DNA of 64,000 nucleotides, from NCBI GenBank assembly GCA_963662315.1, contig OY759353.1, positions 4,128,001-4,192,000 of the forward strand. Direction: 5' to 3'. The notes under the pieces are model-generated. The model ran no database searches. It had not been told where the DNA came from and saw only the letters and a list, made by a program, of their open reading frames with translations. Positions 10,416-19,549 of this stretch are shown here, piece by piece. The translations under genes and the position numbers were made by a program. Source of the DNA: Geopsychrobacteraceae bacterium. Lineage in GTDB: Bacteria > Desulfobacterota > Desulfuromonadia > Desulfuromonadales > Geopsychrobacteraceae. Position 1 is the first letter of the stretch. Every line of letters begins with the position of its first letter.

Positions 10416-12419
10416 AGCGACAAGAATAACAAGAAAAGTCCGCCCAAAGTCGGCGGCAATGTCCTGATCAACGGCCGCACGGCTGTCCACGCAGGCAGTG
10501 GTGGCGTACTGACCACTGTCGATGTGTGTTTGACCAAGGTTGGCAAAGCTGTTGTGCCTATTCCTTACACCAATATTGCCCGCAGTGAAGACGCCGCACA
10601 AACCGCCAGCACCGTTTTTATCAACGGGCATCCCGTCTGTCATAAAAATTCCATTTTTGCCAAAAGCAGTGGTGACGAACCCGGTAACCGCAAAGGTATA
10701 AAAAGCGGCACCATTACCGAAAAAGCCGAATTCGTTACTGCGTCCAGCAATGTGTATATCGAAGGGATCGCTGCGGTCAGGCAGGGGGACTACATGGTCA
10801 GCAACAATGCCAACACCGCTCCCATGCCCCTCGTACAACCCGGAGCTCCCCGGCCCCAAAACAATCGCCTTGAGAGTGTCAAAGGCCTGGATGATGCCGA
10901 GCTGCCCAATGGCGTAGCGCTGAAAATCAGTGGTGATCGGCTGCATGTTCAGAATGATCTGGTCGCGATAGGTGATGGAGAAGAAGACGAAGATTTTCAG
11001 GATGAAACGGGTACAAGCGCGCAGACAGCAGCAGGGGGTGGTCATGCAAGTTCAGCAACAGCGGCCGCAGAGAACGATCCCGCGTCTGAACCCACCAAAC
11101 CTGAACTTGTCATCGGAGTGTTCTTTGACGGCACCGGCAATAACATGCTGGCCCAGCCACCGGAGCAGCATACCAATGTGGCGAAGCTGCATGATCTCTA
11201 TTTTCCTGAAGAAACGTCCCAGATCTATAAGCAAAGAATTTATGTTGAAGGAGTGGGGACTAAAGCTGTTGTTGCGCGCAGAGGAGAGGTTGCGGAAAAA
11301 TTATCTCTCGTTGGCCTTGCCACGGGGCTAGGAACCTACGGTGCTGGAACTCGGCTGAGAGAAGCAAGAGATAAATTTATTATCATTCTAAATGAATATC
11401 GCCAAGCGTATGGTCAACCTGAAAAAGTAATTTTTGATCTGTTTGGTTTTAGTCGGGGGGCGATGCTGGCCCGCCATTTTGCCAACGTGATTCAGGCGGG
11501 GTTGCCTGATTTACAACAATCGCCGTATCAAGGAACCTTGCCGATCCGGCCCAGTCTGCGCGCAACAGAAATTGACACCCCTGGTGGCGATACGCTGGCT
11601 GATGACCGGAGGAATATAATGACCGTTTCGGCTCTGTATCCACGTTTAGCAGCTGAGGTACGAACACGTTTCCTTGGCCTGTTTGATTCGGTTGGGTCAT
11701 TCTTTTTAGCCGGGAATGATGATGAAGGCTTTATTAATCCTTACCTTGGTTCCAATACTGCTGAATTTGTTTATCAACTGACGGCTCGCGATGAGATCCG
11801 TAAAAACTTTCCTCTGACCAGTATTCTGCCAGGCAATGGAAACTGGGTTGAAGAAGAAATGTTCGGCGTTCATTCGGATGTCGGCGGTGGTTACGACAAT
11901 ACACCTGAGCGGATTTACATTGAAGGCAGTAGCGAGGAGTACGAATCACGAGATGAGATTACGGATCGCTTGCATCCGCCTGAACACTGGAAGCGGTGGT
12001 GCCTAAAAATGCAGGCAAAGGCTAAAGATATCAGTGACAGATTAGGAATAGAGTGTGAAGTTGATTGTAACGGTGATATTGCCTATTTCTTTGAAATCCG
12101 ACGCACTAAAAACGATCTGGCAAAAGTAGCTCTCAAAGCTATGTATGATAAAGCCTTGGCAAAAGGGTTAAGCCTTGATTCCATAGATCAAGGTGATTTG
12201 ATTCCTCCGACATTAGAGCATTTGCTACAACAGGCTTCAGCAGATAACTCGACAGCTATTAAACAGCTTGACGATGTATATATCCACAGATCTCATCGAA
12301 AGATATGCCTGGCATACATCAGTGAAACTATTGGTATGAATGCTGAAACCGATGGTAAGCGGGATATCTTCCCAAATCAGCCTTATAGAGCCATAAATGA
12401 AGAAGAGAATAACTCATGA
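10413..12419 (+). CDS. T6SS effector: N-terminal PAAR-like (DUF4150) domain fused to a Tle1-like (DUF2235) alpha/beta hydrolase
   Basis: DVC..PIPYTN..SSGDEPG PAAR-like motifs; FFDGTGNN, GFSRGA, LFDSV and GVHSDVGGGY in the hydrolase. Confidence 0.85.
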   Translation: MSDKNNKKSPPKVGGNVLINGRTAVHAGSGGVLTTVDVCLTKVGKAVVPIPYTNIARSEDAAQTASTVFINGHPVCHKNSIFAKSSGDEPGNRKGIKSGTITEKAEFVTASSNVYIEGIAAVRQGDYMVSNNANTAPMPLVQPGAPRPQNNRLESVKGLDDAELPNGVALKISGDRLHVQNDLVAIGDGEEDEDFQDETGTSAQTAAGGGHASSATAAAENDPASEPTKPELVIGVFFDGTGNNMLAQPPEQHTNVAKLHDLYFPEETSQIYKQRIYVEGVGTKAVVARRGEVAEKLSLVGLATGLGTYGAGTRLREARDKFIIILNEYRQAYGQPEKVIFDLFGFSRGAMLARHFANVIQAGLPDLQQSPYQGTLPIRPSLRATEIDTPGGDTLADDRRNIMTVSALYPRLAAEVRTRFLGLFDSVGSFFLAGNDDEGFINPYLGSNTAEFVYQLTARDEIRKNFPLTSILPGNGNWVEEEMFGVHSDVGGGYDNTPERIYIEGSSEEYESRDEITDRLHPPEHWKRWCLKMQAKAKDISDRLGIECEVDCNGDIAYFFEIRRTKNDLAKVALKAMYDKALAKGLSLDSIDQGDLIPPTLEHLLQQASADNSTAIKQLDDVYIHRSHRKICLAYISETIGMNAETDGKRDIFPNQPYRAINEEENNS

Positions 12420-12949
12420 AAAGATTGATCAGTTTAATATTGCTAGTTGTAATGCTGTCAGCATGTTCAAGTTTGGAAAAAACGCATTCTGAAAAATACA
12501 CTATTTCTTATTGCTCTACAGGTGATGAACCCGTCTGGATTGAAAAAGTCAAATTCGATGACTATCCAGTAAAATCGGGTGGCGGGCTTATTGGTGGCTG
12601 GAAGAGAGCTATGGGAATGATTAGCCTCTTTCCCACACCTTCTGTGCCGAAACAGGTCTATATATACTGGTTCAATTATCGGCAACAGGTTTTTTACGAG
12701 GTGACAGTCCCGATACAAAAGAATGCTGCAGAGATTATGTACAATCTACCTCAGCTTAAGTTTAGTGCGAATTTTTTGGTCACCGGGGTGAAACCTGACG
12801 GTACGGCAGTGGTTTGGGTTACTAATGGCTCAAATGCTAAATTCAGCACATGGGTCGAAGTTGGCCGCGCCCAGGGAACGCTGGCTCCGGGAGATCCTGA
12901 AAGTCGGCGTAATTCGACAGAATCGTTACGCAGGCGGGGAAAACTTTAA
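12416..12949 (+). CDS. Lipoprotein, probable cognate immunity protein (DUF2931/Tli1-like)
   Basis: Lipobox LSAC; ATGA overlap with the effector; PKQVYIYW...VVWV pattern. Confidence 0.7.
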   Translation: MKRLISLILLVVMLSACSSLEKTHSEKYTISYCSTGDEPVWIEKVKFDDYPVKSGGGLIGGWKRAMGMISLFPTPSVPKQVYIYWFNYRQQVFYEVTVPIQKNAAEIMYNLPQLKFSANFLVTGVKPDGTAVVWVTNGSNAKFSTWVEVGRAQGTLAPGDPESRRNSTESLRRRGKL

Positions 12950-12953
12950 TCTT

Positions 12954-12993
12954 AAACCGGTCCGTATCCTTTCATGGTGCGGGCCGGTTTTTT
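12954..12993 (+). terminator. Rho-independent terminator
   Basis: AAACCGGTCCGTA...TGCGGGCCGGTTTTTT. Confidence 0.75.
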
Positions 12994-13187
12994 GTTTTCA
13001 GGTTTATTCAACTACCGAGAGGATAAGCCGCATGAGGGAATAATTTTATATAGCAGGCGGTGTGTGACTTATTTTGACATTGTTTGCCGTTATTTTTTCA
13101 AGACGGTTGGGGGCTGTTTTATGTGGTAGAATTTTAACTTTGTGGGATTTAGTGTTGTGACCTGCTGATTTTTAGGAGGGAACGGTA

Positions 13188-15575
13188 GTGGAATATTTTG
13201 CGCATAAAGGACAATCTGTCAGGTGTCATCTTGCTGCTGTAGGAAACTTATGTCGTGACCTGTCAACCAAGGTAGGTGTTCCGGAACTTGGTGAGCTGCT
13301 GGGGTTACTTCATGACTTTGGCAAATATAGTGAACAATTCCAGGCTTATATTAAATCAGCAACAGGTATTTATAATCCAGATCTTGATGACGATTATGTT
13401 GATACTAAAGTGGTCAGAGGAACCATCGATCATTCTACAGCCGGTGCCCAGTGGCTTTGGCAGTTGAGCTGTAATTACGGTGAGGCCGGGAAACTGATTG
13501 GTCAAATTTTGGCGCTGTGTCTTGCTTCCCATCACGGTGGATTGATTGACAGTCTCGATGCTGATGGACATAACATTTTTTCGAGACGCATGGTCAAGGA
13601 GGACGAAAAAACACATCTCTCCGAATGCCGGAAAAATGCCGATGGAGCTATTCTCCAACGTCTGAATGAGTTATCTCGTCCGGAAATACTGCAATCCCTA
13701 TTACCGCAAATCTCTGCAATCCTGAATAAACCGGGTCAGCCTCTACTTGTTGGTTGGTTCAAAGTCGGACTACTGGTGAGGTTTCTATATAGTTGCTTGA
13801 TTGATGCCGATAGAATCGATAGTGCTGATCACGAAAATCCGCAAAACAAAATAATTCGGCAGAATATTGCTGTCAATTGGCAGATTGCTGTTGAGCGTTT
13901 GGAAGAGCAATTGGCAGCGTTGCCATTTAAGCATGAAATCGATCATCTCCGGCGCGATATCTCTGATCAGTGTAAGAAACGCGCATCTGATGGACAAGGT
14001 ATCTACTCTTTTACGGTTCCGACGGGTGGCGGTAAGACCTTTTCCGCGATCCGTTTTGCTCTGCACCACGCCCAGAAACACAAGCTTGATCGAGTCATCT
14101 GTATTATTCCCTATACCTCGATCATTGAACAGAACGCTGAAGAAATCCGTAAGCTGATTGAACGTGAAGAGGATGAGTTCTCGTGGGTGTTGGAGCATCA
14201 CTCTAATCTGGAACCTGAGGTTCAGACTTGGCAAAGTAAATTGGCTTGTGAAAACTGGGATGCGCCGATTGTTTTTACGACCATGGTACAGTTTCTTGAA
14301 ACCCTCTTTGGTGGTGGAACCCGTGGTCCGCGGCGTATGCATCAGTTGGCGCAGTCGGTCTTGATCTTTGACGAAATTCAGACCTTGCCGATTAACTGTG
14401 TCCATCTTTTCTGCAATGCCATCAACTTTCTTACCGATCATGCGGGATCAACTGTCTTGATGTGTACCGCAACGCAACCACTGCTGAACAAACTGAAGAA
14501 TCCTGACAAGGGACAATTGACCGTTTTATCGGAAAATGAGCTGATTGCTGATGTGGGTAAACTCTTTGCGGACCTTAAGCGTGTCCAGATTCGTAATCGG
14601 ATTAAACCGCATGGGTGGACTGAAATAGAAATCGCTGATTTGGCCATGAATGAATACCGGGCTAAGGGCAGTTGCCTGGTAATCGTCAATACCAAAGATT
14701 GGGCCCGGCGGCTTTATGTGGTTTGCAATGAAGAGTTGGGCGCTGGCAGCGTTTTCCACCTCAGCACAGGTATGTGTCCTGATCAGCGCAAGGAAAAGCT
14801 GGCTGAGATTAAAAATCGCCTGGATACGGGTCTACCGGTTCTTTGTATCAGTACTCAGTTGATTGAAGCCGGTGTCGATGTTGATTTTGCTTCGGTTATC
14901 CGTTTTCTCGCCGGGCTTGATTCCATTGCCCAGGCTGCCGGGCGCTGTAATCGTAACGGTCGTCAGACGATGGCTGAGGTCTTTGTTGTCAATCCTGCTG
15001 AGGAAAAAATCGGGCAGCTGACCGATATCTGTGAGGGGCGGGATAAGGCCCTTAGGATTTTCAACGAGACAGCAGACGAGGATCTGTTGACACCGGAAAC
15101 GATGGCTCAGTATTTCTCATATTACTTTTATCAACGTGCAGACGACATGGATTACAAAGTTAGCGCCAAGGAAGCTGGGCGGGGTGACAGTTTGCTCAAT
15201 CTGCTTGGCGACAACCGCAACAATGTTGGCAAAACTTCGCCACTGGCCTTGCGGCAATCCTTTAAAACCGCTGGAAATATTTTCAAGGCGATCGACGCCC
15301 CTACCCAGGCGGTCATTGTTCCCTTTAAACGTGGCAAGTTCATCATCAGCGATCTCTGTGCCGAGCAGAATCCCGACAGGATCAGACAATTGCTCAAGGA
15401 AGCGCAGCAGTACAGCGTTAACGTCTTTCCCAATGTCTGGCGCAAATTATTGCAGGAGCAGGCAGTCCATTCGGTAAGAGATGGGATTTTCTATTACCTC
15501 GATGAGCGTTATTACAGTGAAAAGTTCGGTCTGGCTACAGAGGTGGTCGCCGATTTTGAACCGCAGGTCATTTAG
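13188..15575 (+). CDS. cas3: CRISPR-associated nuclease/helicase Cas3 (type I-C)
   Basis: HD domain (LLHDFGK, DADRID), PTGGGKT, DEIQ and QAAGRCNR. Confidence 0.95.
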   Translation: MEYFAHKGQSVRCHLAAVGNLCRDLSTKVGVPELGELLGLLHDFGKYSEQFQAYIKSATGIYNPDLDDDYVDTKVVRGTIDHSTAGAQWLWQLSCNYGEAGKLIGQILALCLASHHGGLIDSLDADGHNIFSRRMVKEDEKTHLSECRKNADGAILQRLNELSRPEILQSLLPQISAILNKPGQPLLVGWFKVGLLVRFLYSCLIDADRIDSADHENPQNKIIRQNIAVNWQIAVERLEEQLAALPFKHEIDHLRRDISDQCKKRASDGQGIYSFTVPTGGGKTFSAIRFALHHAQKHKLDRVICIIPYTSIIEQNAEEIRKLIEREEDEFSWVLEHHSNLEPEVQTWQSKLACENWDAPIVFTTMVQFLETLFGGGTRGPRRMHQLAQSVLIFDEIQTLPINCVHLFCNAINFLTDHAGSTVLMCTATQPLLNKLKNPDKGQLTVLSENELIADVGKLFADLKRVQIRNRIKPHGWTEIEIADLAMNEYRAKGSCLVIVNTKDWARRLYVVCNEELGAGSVFHLSTGMCPDQRKEKLAEIKNRLDTGLPVLCISTQLIEAGVDVDFASVIRFLAGLDSIAQAAGRCNRNGRQTMAEVFVVNPAEEKIGQLTDICEGRDKALRIFNETADEDLLTPETMAQYFSYYFYQRADDMDYKVSAKEAGRGDSLLNLLGDNRNNVGKTSPLALRQSFKTAGNIFKAIDAPTQAVIVPFKRGKFIISDLCAEQNPDRIRQLLKEAQQYSVNVFPNVWRKLLQEQAVHSVRDGIFYYLDERYYSEKFGLATEVVADFEPQVI

Positions 15576-15587
15576 AGAGGAGGTTCG

Positions 15588-16292
15588 ATGAAGAATAGTA
15601 TCAGTTTCAGACTCTGGGGGCGCTATGCCCTGTTTACTGATCCCGTGACCAGGGTCGGCGGGGAAAAGTGTTCCTATCATGTGCCTACCTATGAAGCGAT
15701 CAAGGGGGTGCTCAAGTCGATCTACTGGAAACCGACACTGATCTGGCATGTTGACAAGGTCAGAGTAATAAAACCATTGCGAACCCAGACCAAAGGCATG
15801 AAACCTCTGGTCTGGGGTGGTGGGAACAGCCTTGCCATTTACACATTTCTCCATGAGGTCGAATACCAGGTAGAGGCCCACTTTGAGTGGAATGAAAATC
15901 AACCGGACCTGGCGAGGGATCGTATCGATGGCAAGCATTTCAGCATCGCTACGCGAATGCTGGAAAAGGGAGGTCGGCAGGATATCTTTCTCGGGACACG
16001 CGATTGTCAGGGCTACGTTGAACCCTGCGTGTTCGGCGAAGGGGCTGGAGCTTATGATGATATTGACGAACTTGGTTTTGGCCTGATGTTCCATGGCTTT
16101 GATTACCCTGACGAAACCGGAACTAATGAACTGCGCAGTCGTTTCTGGAGGGCAACCATGTGCAAGGGGATTCTTGAATATCCCCGACCGGAGGAGTGTG
16201 AGTCCTGCCGCATTATTCGCAAGATGGTTCCAAAACGATTTGGCTTGGGCGAGAACCTGATGGCGGTGGAGCAGGAGGAGGCATTGCTATGA
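15588..16292 (+). CDS. cas5c: Type I-C Cas5
   Basis: YALFTDP...SYHVPTYEAIKG..SIYWKP; FLGTRDC. Confidence 0.95.
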   Translation: MKNSISFRLWGRYALFTDPVTRVGGEKCSYHVPTYEAIKGVLKSIYWKPTLIWHVDKVRVIKPLRTQTKGMKPLVWGGGNSLAIYTFLHEVEYQVEAHFEWNENQPDLARDRIDGKHFSIATRMLEKGGRQDIFLGTRDCQGYVEPCVFGEGAGAYDDIDELGFGLMFHGFDYPDETGTNELRSRFWRATMCKGILEYPRPEECESCRIIRKMVPKRFGLGENLMAVEQEEALL

Positions 16293-18265
16293 GCTGGCTG
16301 GCCAAACTGTATGAAACCTACGAAGCGGGAACTTCACTAGATTTGCCAGCTGATCAAAAGCTGATGCCGATCAGCCATACCCTGCAAAATGCTCATATCA
16401 AGATTGTTATTGATGGTAACGGCAATTTTCTGCGTGCAGAGGTTCTGGAAAAAACTCAAATTGTGCTTCCGGCTACAGAAAAGTCAGCAGGGAGAAGTAG
16501 TGGTGAAGCGCCGCATCCCTTGGCAGACAAGCTGCAATATATCGCCAAGGATTATCCTGAATTCGGTGGGAGGAAAAAATCGTACTTTGTGTCCTACGAG
16601 ACGCAATTGCGCAAATGGTCTGACACTTCTGTAACCAATAAAAAAATTGCAGCAGTTTACGCTTACATCAATAAAGGAAGTGTTATTGCGGATCTTATTC
16701 GGGAAGGTGTTCTTCACCTCGGAGACGACGGCAAGTTGCTGACCTATTGGTCTGCCGAAGGTAATACGCCACCAATCTTTAAGGTTTTGCCTGCTCTGCC
16801 CAAAGAAAAACGTATCGAAAAGGACAAGGCAGAAATTGAACAGGGGGATGCACTGGTCTGCTGGCAAGTTGAAGTGACGGGCGATCCTCAGGCGGAAACC
16901 TGGATAGATAGAGACCTGCAAGAAAATTGGATTCAATATCAGAGTATAGACGGAGGAGTATCGGGCTTTTGCTATGTGACCGGTTCTGATTGTGTTTTGG
17001 CAACCAACCATCCGGCGAAACTCCGCCATAGTGGAGACAAGGCGAAACTGCTGTCGTCCAATGATTCCTCTGGGTTCACCTTTCGTGGCCGTTTCACTGA
17101 AGGAGATGGTGGTCAAGCCGCTGCTGTTGGCTACGAGGTAACTCAAAAAGCCCATAATGCACTGCGCTGGTTGATCGACAGGCAGGGCTTTCGCAATGGA
17201 GATCAAGTCTTTGTAGCCTGGGCTGTGTCGGGAAAAGGTATTCCCGAACCTTTGCGCAGTAGCTTTGATCTACTAACACAGCCGCTGACTTTTCAACCGC
17301 CTGACAAAGAACAGTTAACCGAAGAGCTTGATCACACCATAGATCTCGGAGCCTCTTTTGCACATAAATTCAATAATTATCTCAGAGGTTATCGAGCAAA
17401 GCTGGAGCCGAACGAGCAGATTCTGATAATGGGGCTCGATTCAGCGACTCCGGGGCGAATGAGTGTCATATATTACCGCCAGTTACTGGCCAGTGAATTT
17501 TTTGACCGCCTGGAAAGCTGGCATCAGCATTTCTCCTGGCCGCAGCGGCACGTCATCGAAACAGACGCAACAGGTAAGGGAAAAGGGGGGCAGAAAAAGA
17601 CAGTTTGGCCAGTCAGCTCACCAGCCCCACGCATCATTGCAGACGCTGCCTACGGGGATGTTTTAAAGAGTAATGATACGCTGAGAAAGAATCTGTTGGA
17701 ACGCATCGTTCCCGCGATAATAGACGGCCAGCCTTTCCCGCAGGATATCATGATGAACGCTGTCCGGCGCGTCAGTAACCGGAACAACATTGAATTTTGG
17801 GAGTGGGAAAGGAATATGGGCGTGGCCTGTGCCCTTTACCGAGGGTTCTATCAGCGCCATCCAAATAAACAGCAAAGGAGAGAATATACAATGTCATTAG
17901 ATGAGAACAGAACAACAAGGGATTATCTTTACGGGCGTCTTCTGGCCGTTGCTGAAAAAATCGAGGAGGTGGCTTTATCTGTTGCTGGTGAGAATCGGCC
18001 GACGACAGCAGCACGGCTGATGCAACGTTATGCTGATCGGCCGTTTTCGACCTGGCGTACGCTAGAGCTTTCACTGCAACCATATATGCAGAGGCTGCAA
18101 AACAGCCGGGGTGGTTTTCTGACAAACAGAAAAAAAGAGACGGATAAAATCATGTCGGCATTTGGAAATGGTGATTTTGAAAGCGACAAGGCTTTGTCCG
18201 GTGAATTTCTACTTGGTTACCATTGTCAACGGATGTTTTATCGTCAACAGACTGCTGAAGATTAA
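16289..18265 (+). CDS. cas8c: Type I-C Cas8c/Csd1
   Basis: MSWLAKLYETY, PHPLADKLQY, YLYGRLLAV and FLLGYHCQ. Confidence 0.93.
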   Translation: MSWLAKLYETYEAGTSLDLPADQKLMPISHTLQNAHIKIVIDGNGNFLRAEVLEKTQIVLPATEKSAGRSSGEAPHPLADKLQYIAKDYPEFGGRKKSYFVSYETQLRKWSDTSVTNKKIAAVYAYINKGSVIADLIREGVLHLGDDGKLLTYWSAEGNTPPIFKVLPALPKEKRIEKDKAEIEQGDALVCWQVEVTGDPQAETWIDRDLQENWIQYQSIDGGVSGFCYVTGSDCVLATNHPAKLRHSGDKAKLLSSNDSSGFTFRGRFTEGDGGQAAAVGYEVTQKAHNALRWLIDRQGFRNGDQVFVAWAVSGKGIPEPLRSSFDLLTQPLTFQPPDKEQLTEELDHTIDLGASFAHKFNNYLRGYRAKLEPNEQILIMGLDSATPGRMSVIYYRQLLASEFFDRLESWHQHFSWPQRHVIETDATGKGKGGQKKTVWPVSSPAPRIIADAAYGDVLKSNDTLRKNLLERIVPAIIDGQPFPQDIMMNAVRRVSNRNNIEFWEWERNMGVACALYRGFYQRHPNKQQRREYTMSLDENRTTRDYLYGRLLAVAEKIEEVALSVAGENRPTTAARLMQRYADRPFSTWRTLELSLQPYMQRLQNSRGGFLTNRKKETDKIMSAFGNGDFESDKALSGEFLLGYHCQRMFYRQQTAED

Positions 18266-18294
18266 TTAAATTTTTATATAAAGGAGATGACCCT

Positions 18295-19134
18295 ATGAGC
18301 CTCGAACACAAAATTGATTTTGCCGTTATTTTCAGTGTGAAACACGCTAACCCCAATGGTGATCCTCTTAATGGAAACCGCCCCCGGACCGATTATGACG
18401 GCTTCGGTGAAGTGACCGATGTCTGTCTGAAACGTAAAATCCGTGACAGGATGCAGGATGCCGGGCATGCCATCTTTGTTCAGTCCGATGAAAAGAAAAC
18501 GGATGGTATGCCGAGTTTGAAAGCAAGAGCAGAGGACGGGACTCATGGTTTGGGAAAAGAGACCTTCAACAGCAAAAAAACTTCGCCGGAAAAGGCAGCG
18601 AAAATGGCCTGTGATAAGTGGATTGATGTCAGAGCTTTTGGGCAACTTTTCGCATTTAAGGGTGAGGAAAAGGACGGGGTGTCTATCCCTATCCGTGGGC
18701 CGGTTTCTATCCAGTCCGCCTTCAGCATTGAGCCTGTCAGTATAACCAGTACCCAGATTACCAAAAGCGTAAGCGGTGAAGGAGACGGTACGAAAAGAAG
18801 CTCAGACACCATGGGGATGAAACACCGGGTCGATAGGGCCGTTTATGTGACCTTTGGCAGTATGAATCCCCAGTTGGCTGAACGGACCGGATTCAGTAAC
18901 GCCGATGCTGAAAGCATCAAAACTGTGTTGCCGAGGTTATTTGAAGGTGATGCCTCTTCGGCCCGTCCTGAGGGGAGTATGGCGGTAGAAAAGGTTATTT
19001 GGTGGCAGCACAGTAGCAAGGCTGGTCAGTATTCCTCGGCAAAAGTTCATCGTTCTCTAACTGTAAATGTCGATGGAAGTTATCAGTTAGAGTCAATGGG
19101 AGGCTTGGTGCCTGAAGTGATCGAAGGTTTCTGA
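18295..19134 (+). CDS. cas7c: Type I-C Cas7/Csd2
   Basis: NPNGDPLNGNRPR, DVCLKRKIR, DVRAFG and TMGMKH. Confidence 0.95.
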   Translation: MSLEHKIDFAVIFSVKHANPNGDPLNGNRPRTDYDGFGEVTDVCLKRKIRDRMQDAGHAIFVQSDEKKTDGMPSLKARAEDGTHGLGKETFNSKKTSPEKAAKMACDKWIDVRAFGQLFAFKGEEKDGVSIPIRGPVSIQSAFSIEPVSITSTQITKSVSGEGDGTKRSSDTMGMKHRVDRAVYVTFGSMNPQLAERTGFSNADAESIKTVLPRLFEGDASSARPEGSMAVEKVIWWQHSSKAGQYSSAKVHRSLTVNVDGSYQLESMGGLVPEVIEGF

Positions 19135-19143
19135 TACCAGCTT

Positions 19144-19266
19144 CGTTGGTGATCTCAAATTTCAAATCTCAGATTTCACAGTAACTCCGTTGGCGATCTG
19201 AAATCTGAAATTTCAAATCTGAAATCACAGTTGTGCCTAAGCGCAACTGTGGAGGGGGGAATAATG
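19144..19266 (+). repeat. Two tandem heptamer-rich units plus leader copy 2
   Basis: CGTTGGTGATCTCAAATTTCAAATCTCAGATTTCACAGT (19144-19182) and CGTTGGCGATCTGAAATCTGAAATTTCAAATCTGAAATCACAGT (19188-19231), then hairpin and RBS. Confidence 0.85.
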
Positions 19267-19549
19267 AAATATGAAAACTTTGAAGACGTTCCTGTTTGGA
19301 AGGACGGCATTACCCTGACATCCCGGGTTTTTCAGATAACCGAAGATCGGTCATTTCAAGGTCGGGGCGATATTGCCAACCAGATCCAACGGGCGGCCTT
19401 GTCGGTGCCGAATAATATTGCCGAGGGCTTCGAACGCGGCACGACTCCGGAACTGATCCAGTTTCTTTATTACGCCAAAGGCTCCGCTGGGGAAGTGCGC
19501 TCCATTTGTCATGTAATTGAACGTATTGCTGCGTTCAATCATCTGAAAT

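Noticed and set aside
12994..13187. CreA/CreR-like mini-array upstream of cas3
   Set aside because: No degenerate copy of the CRISPR repeat found
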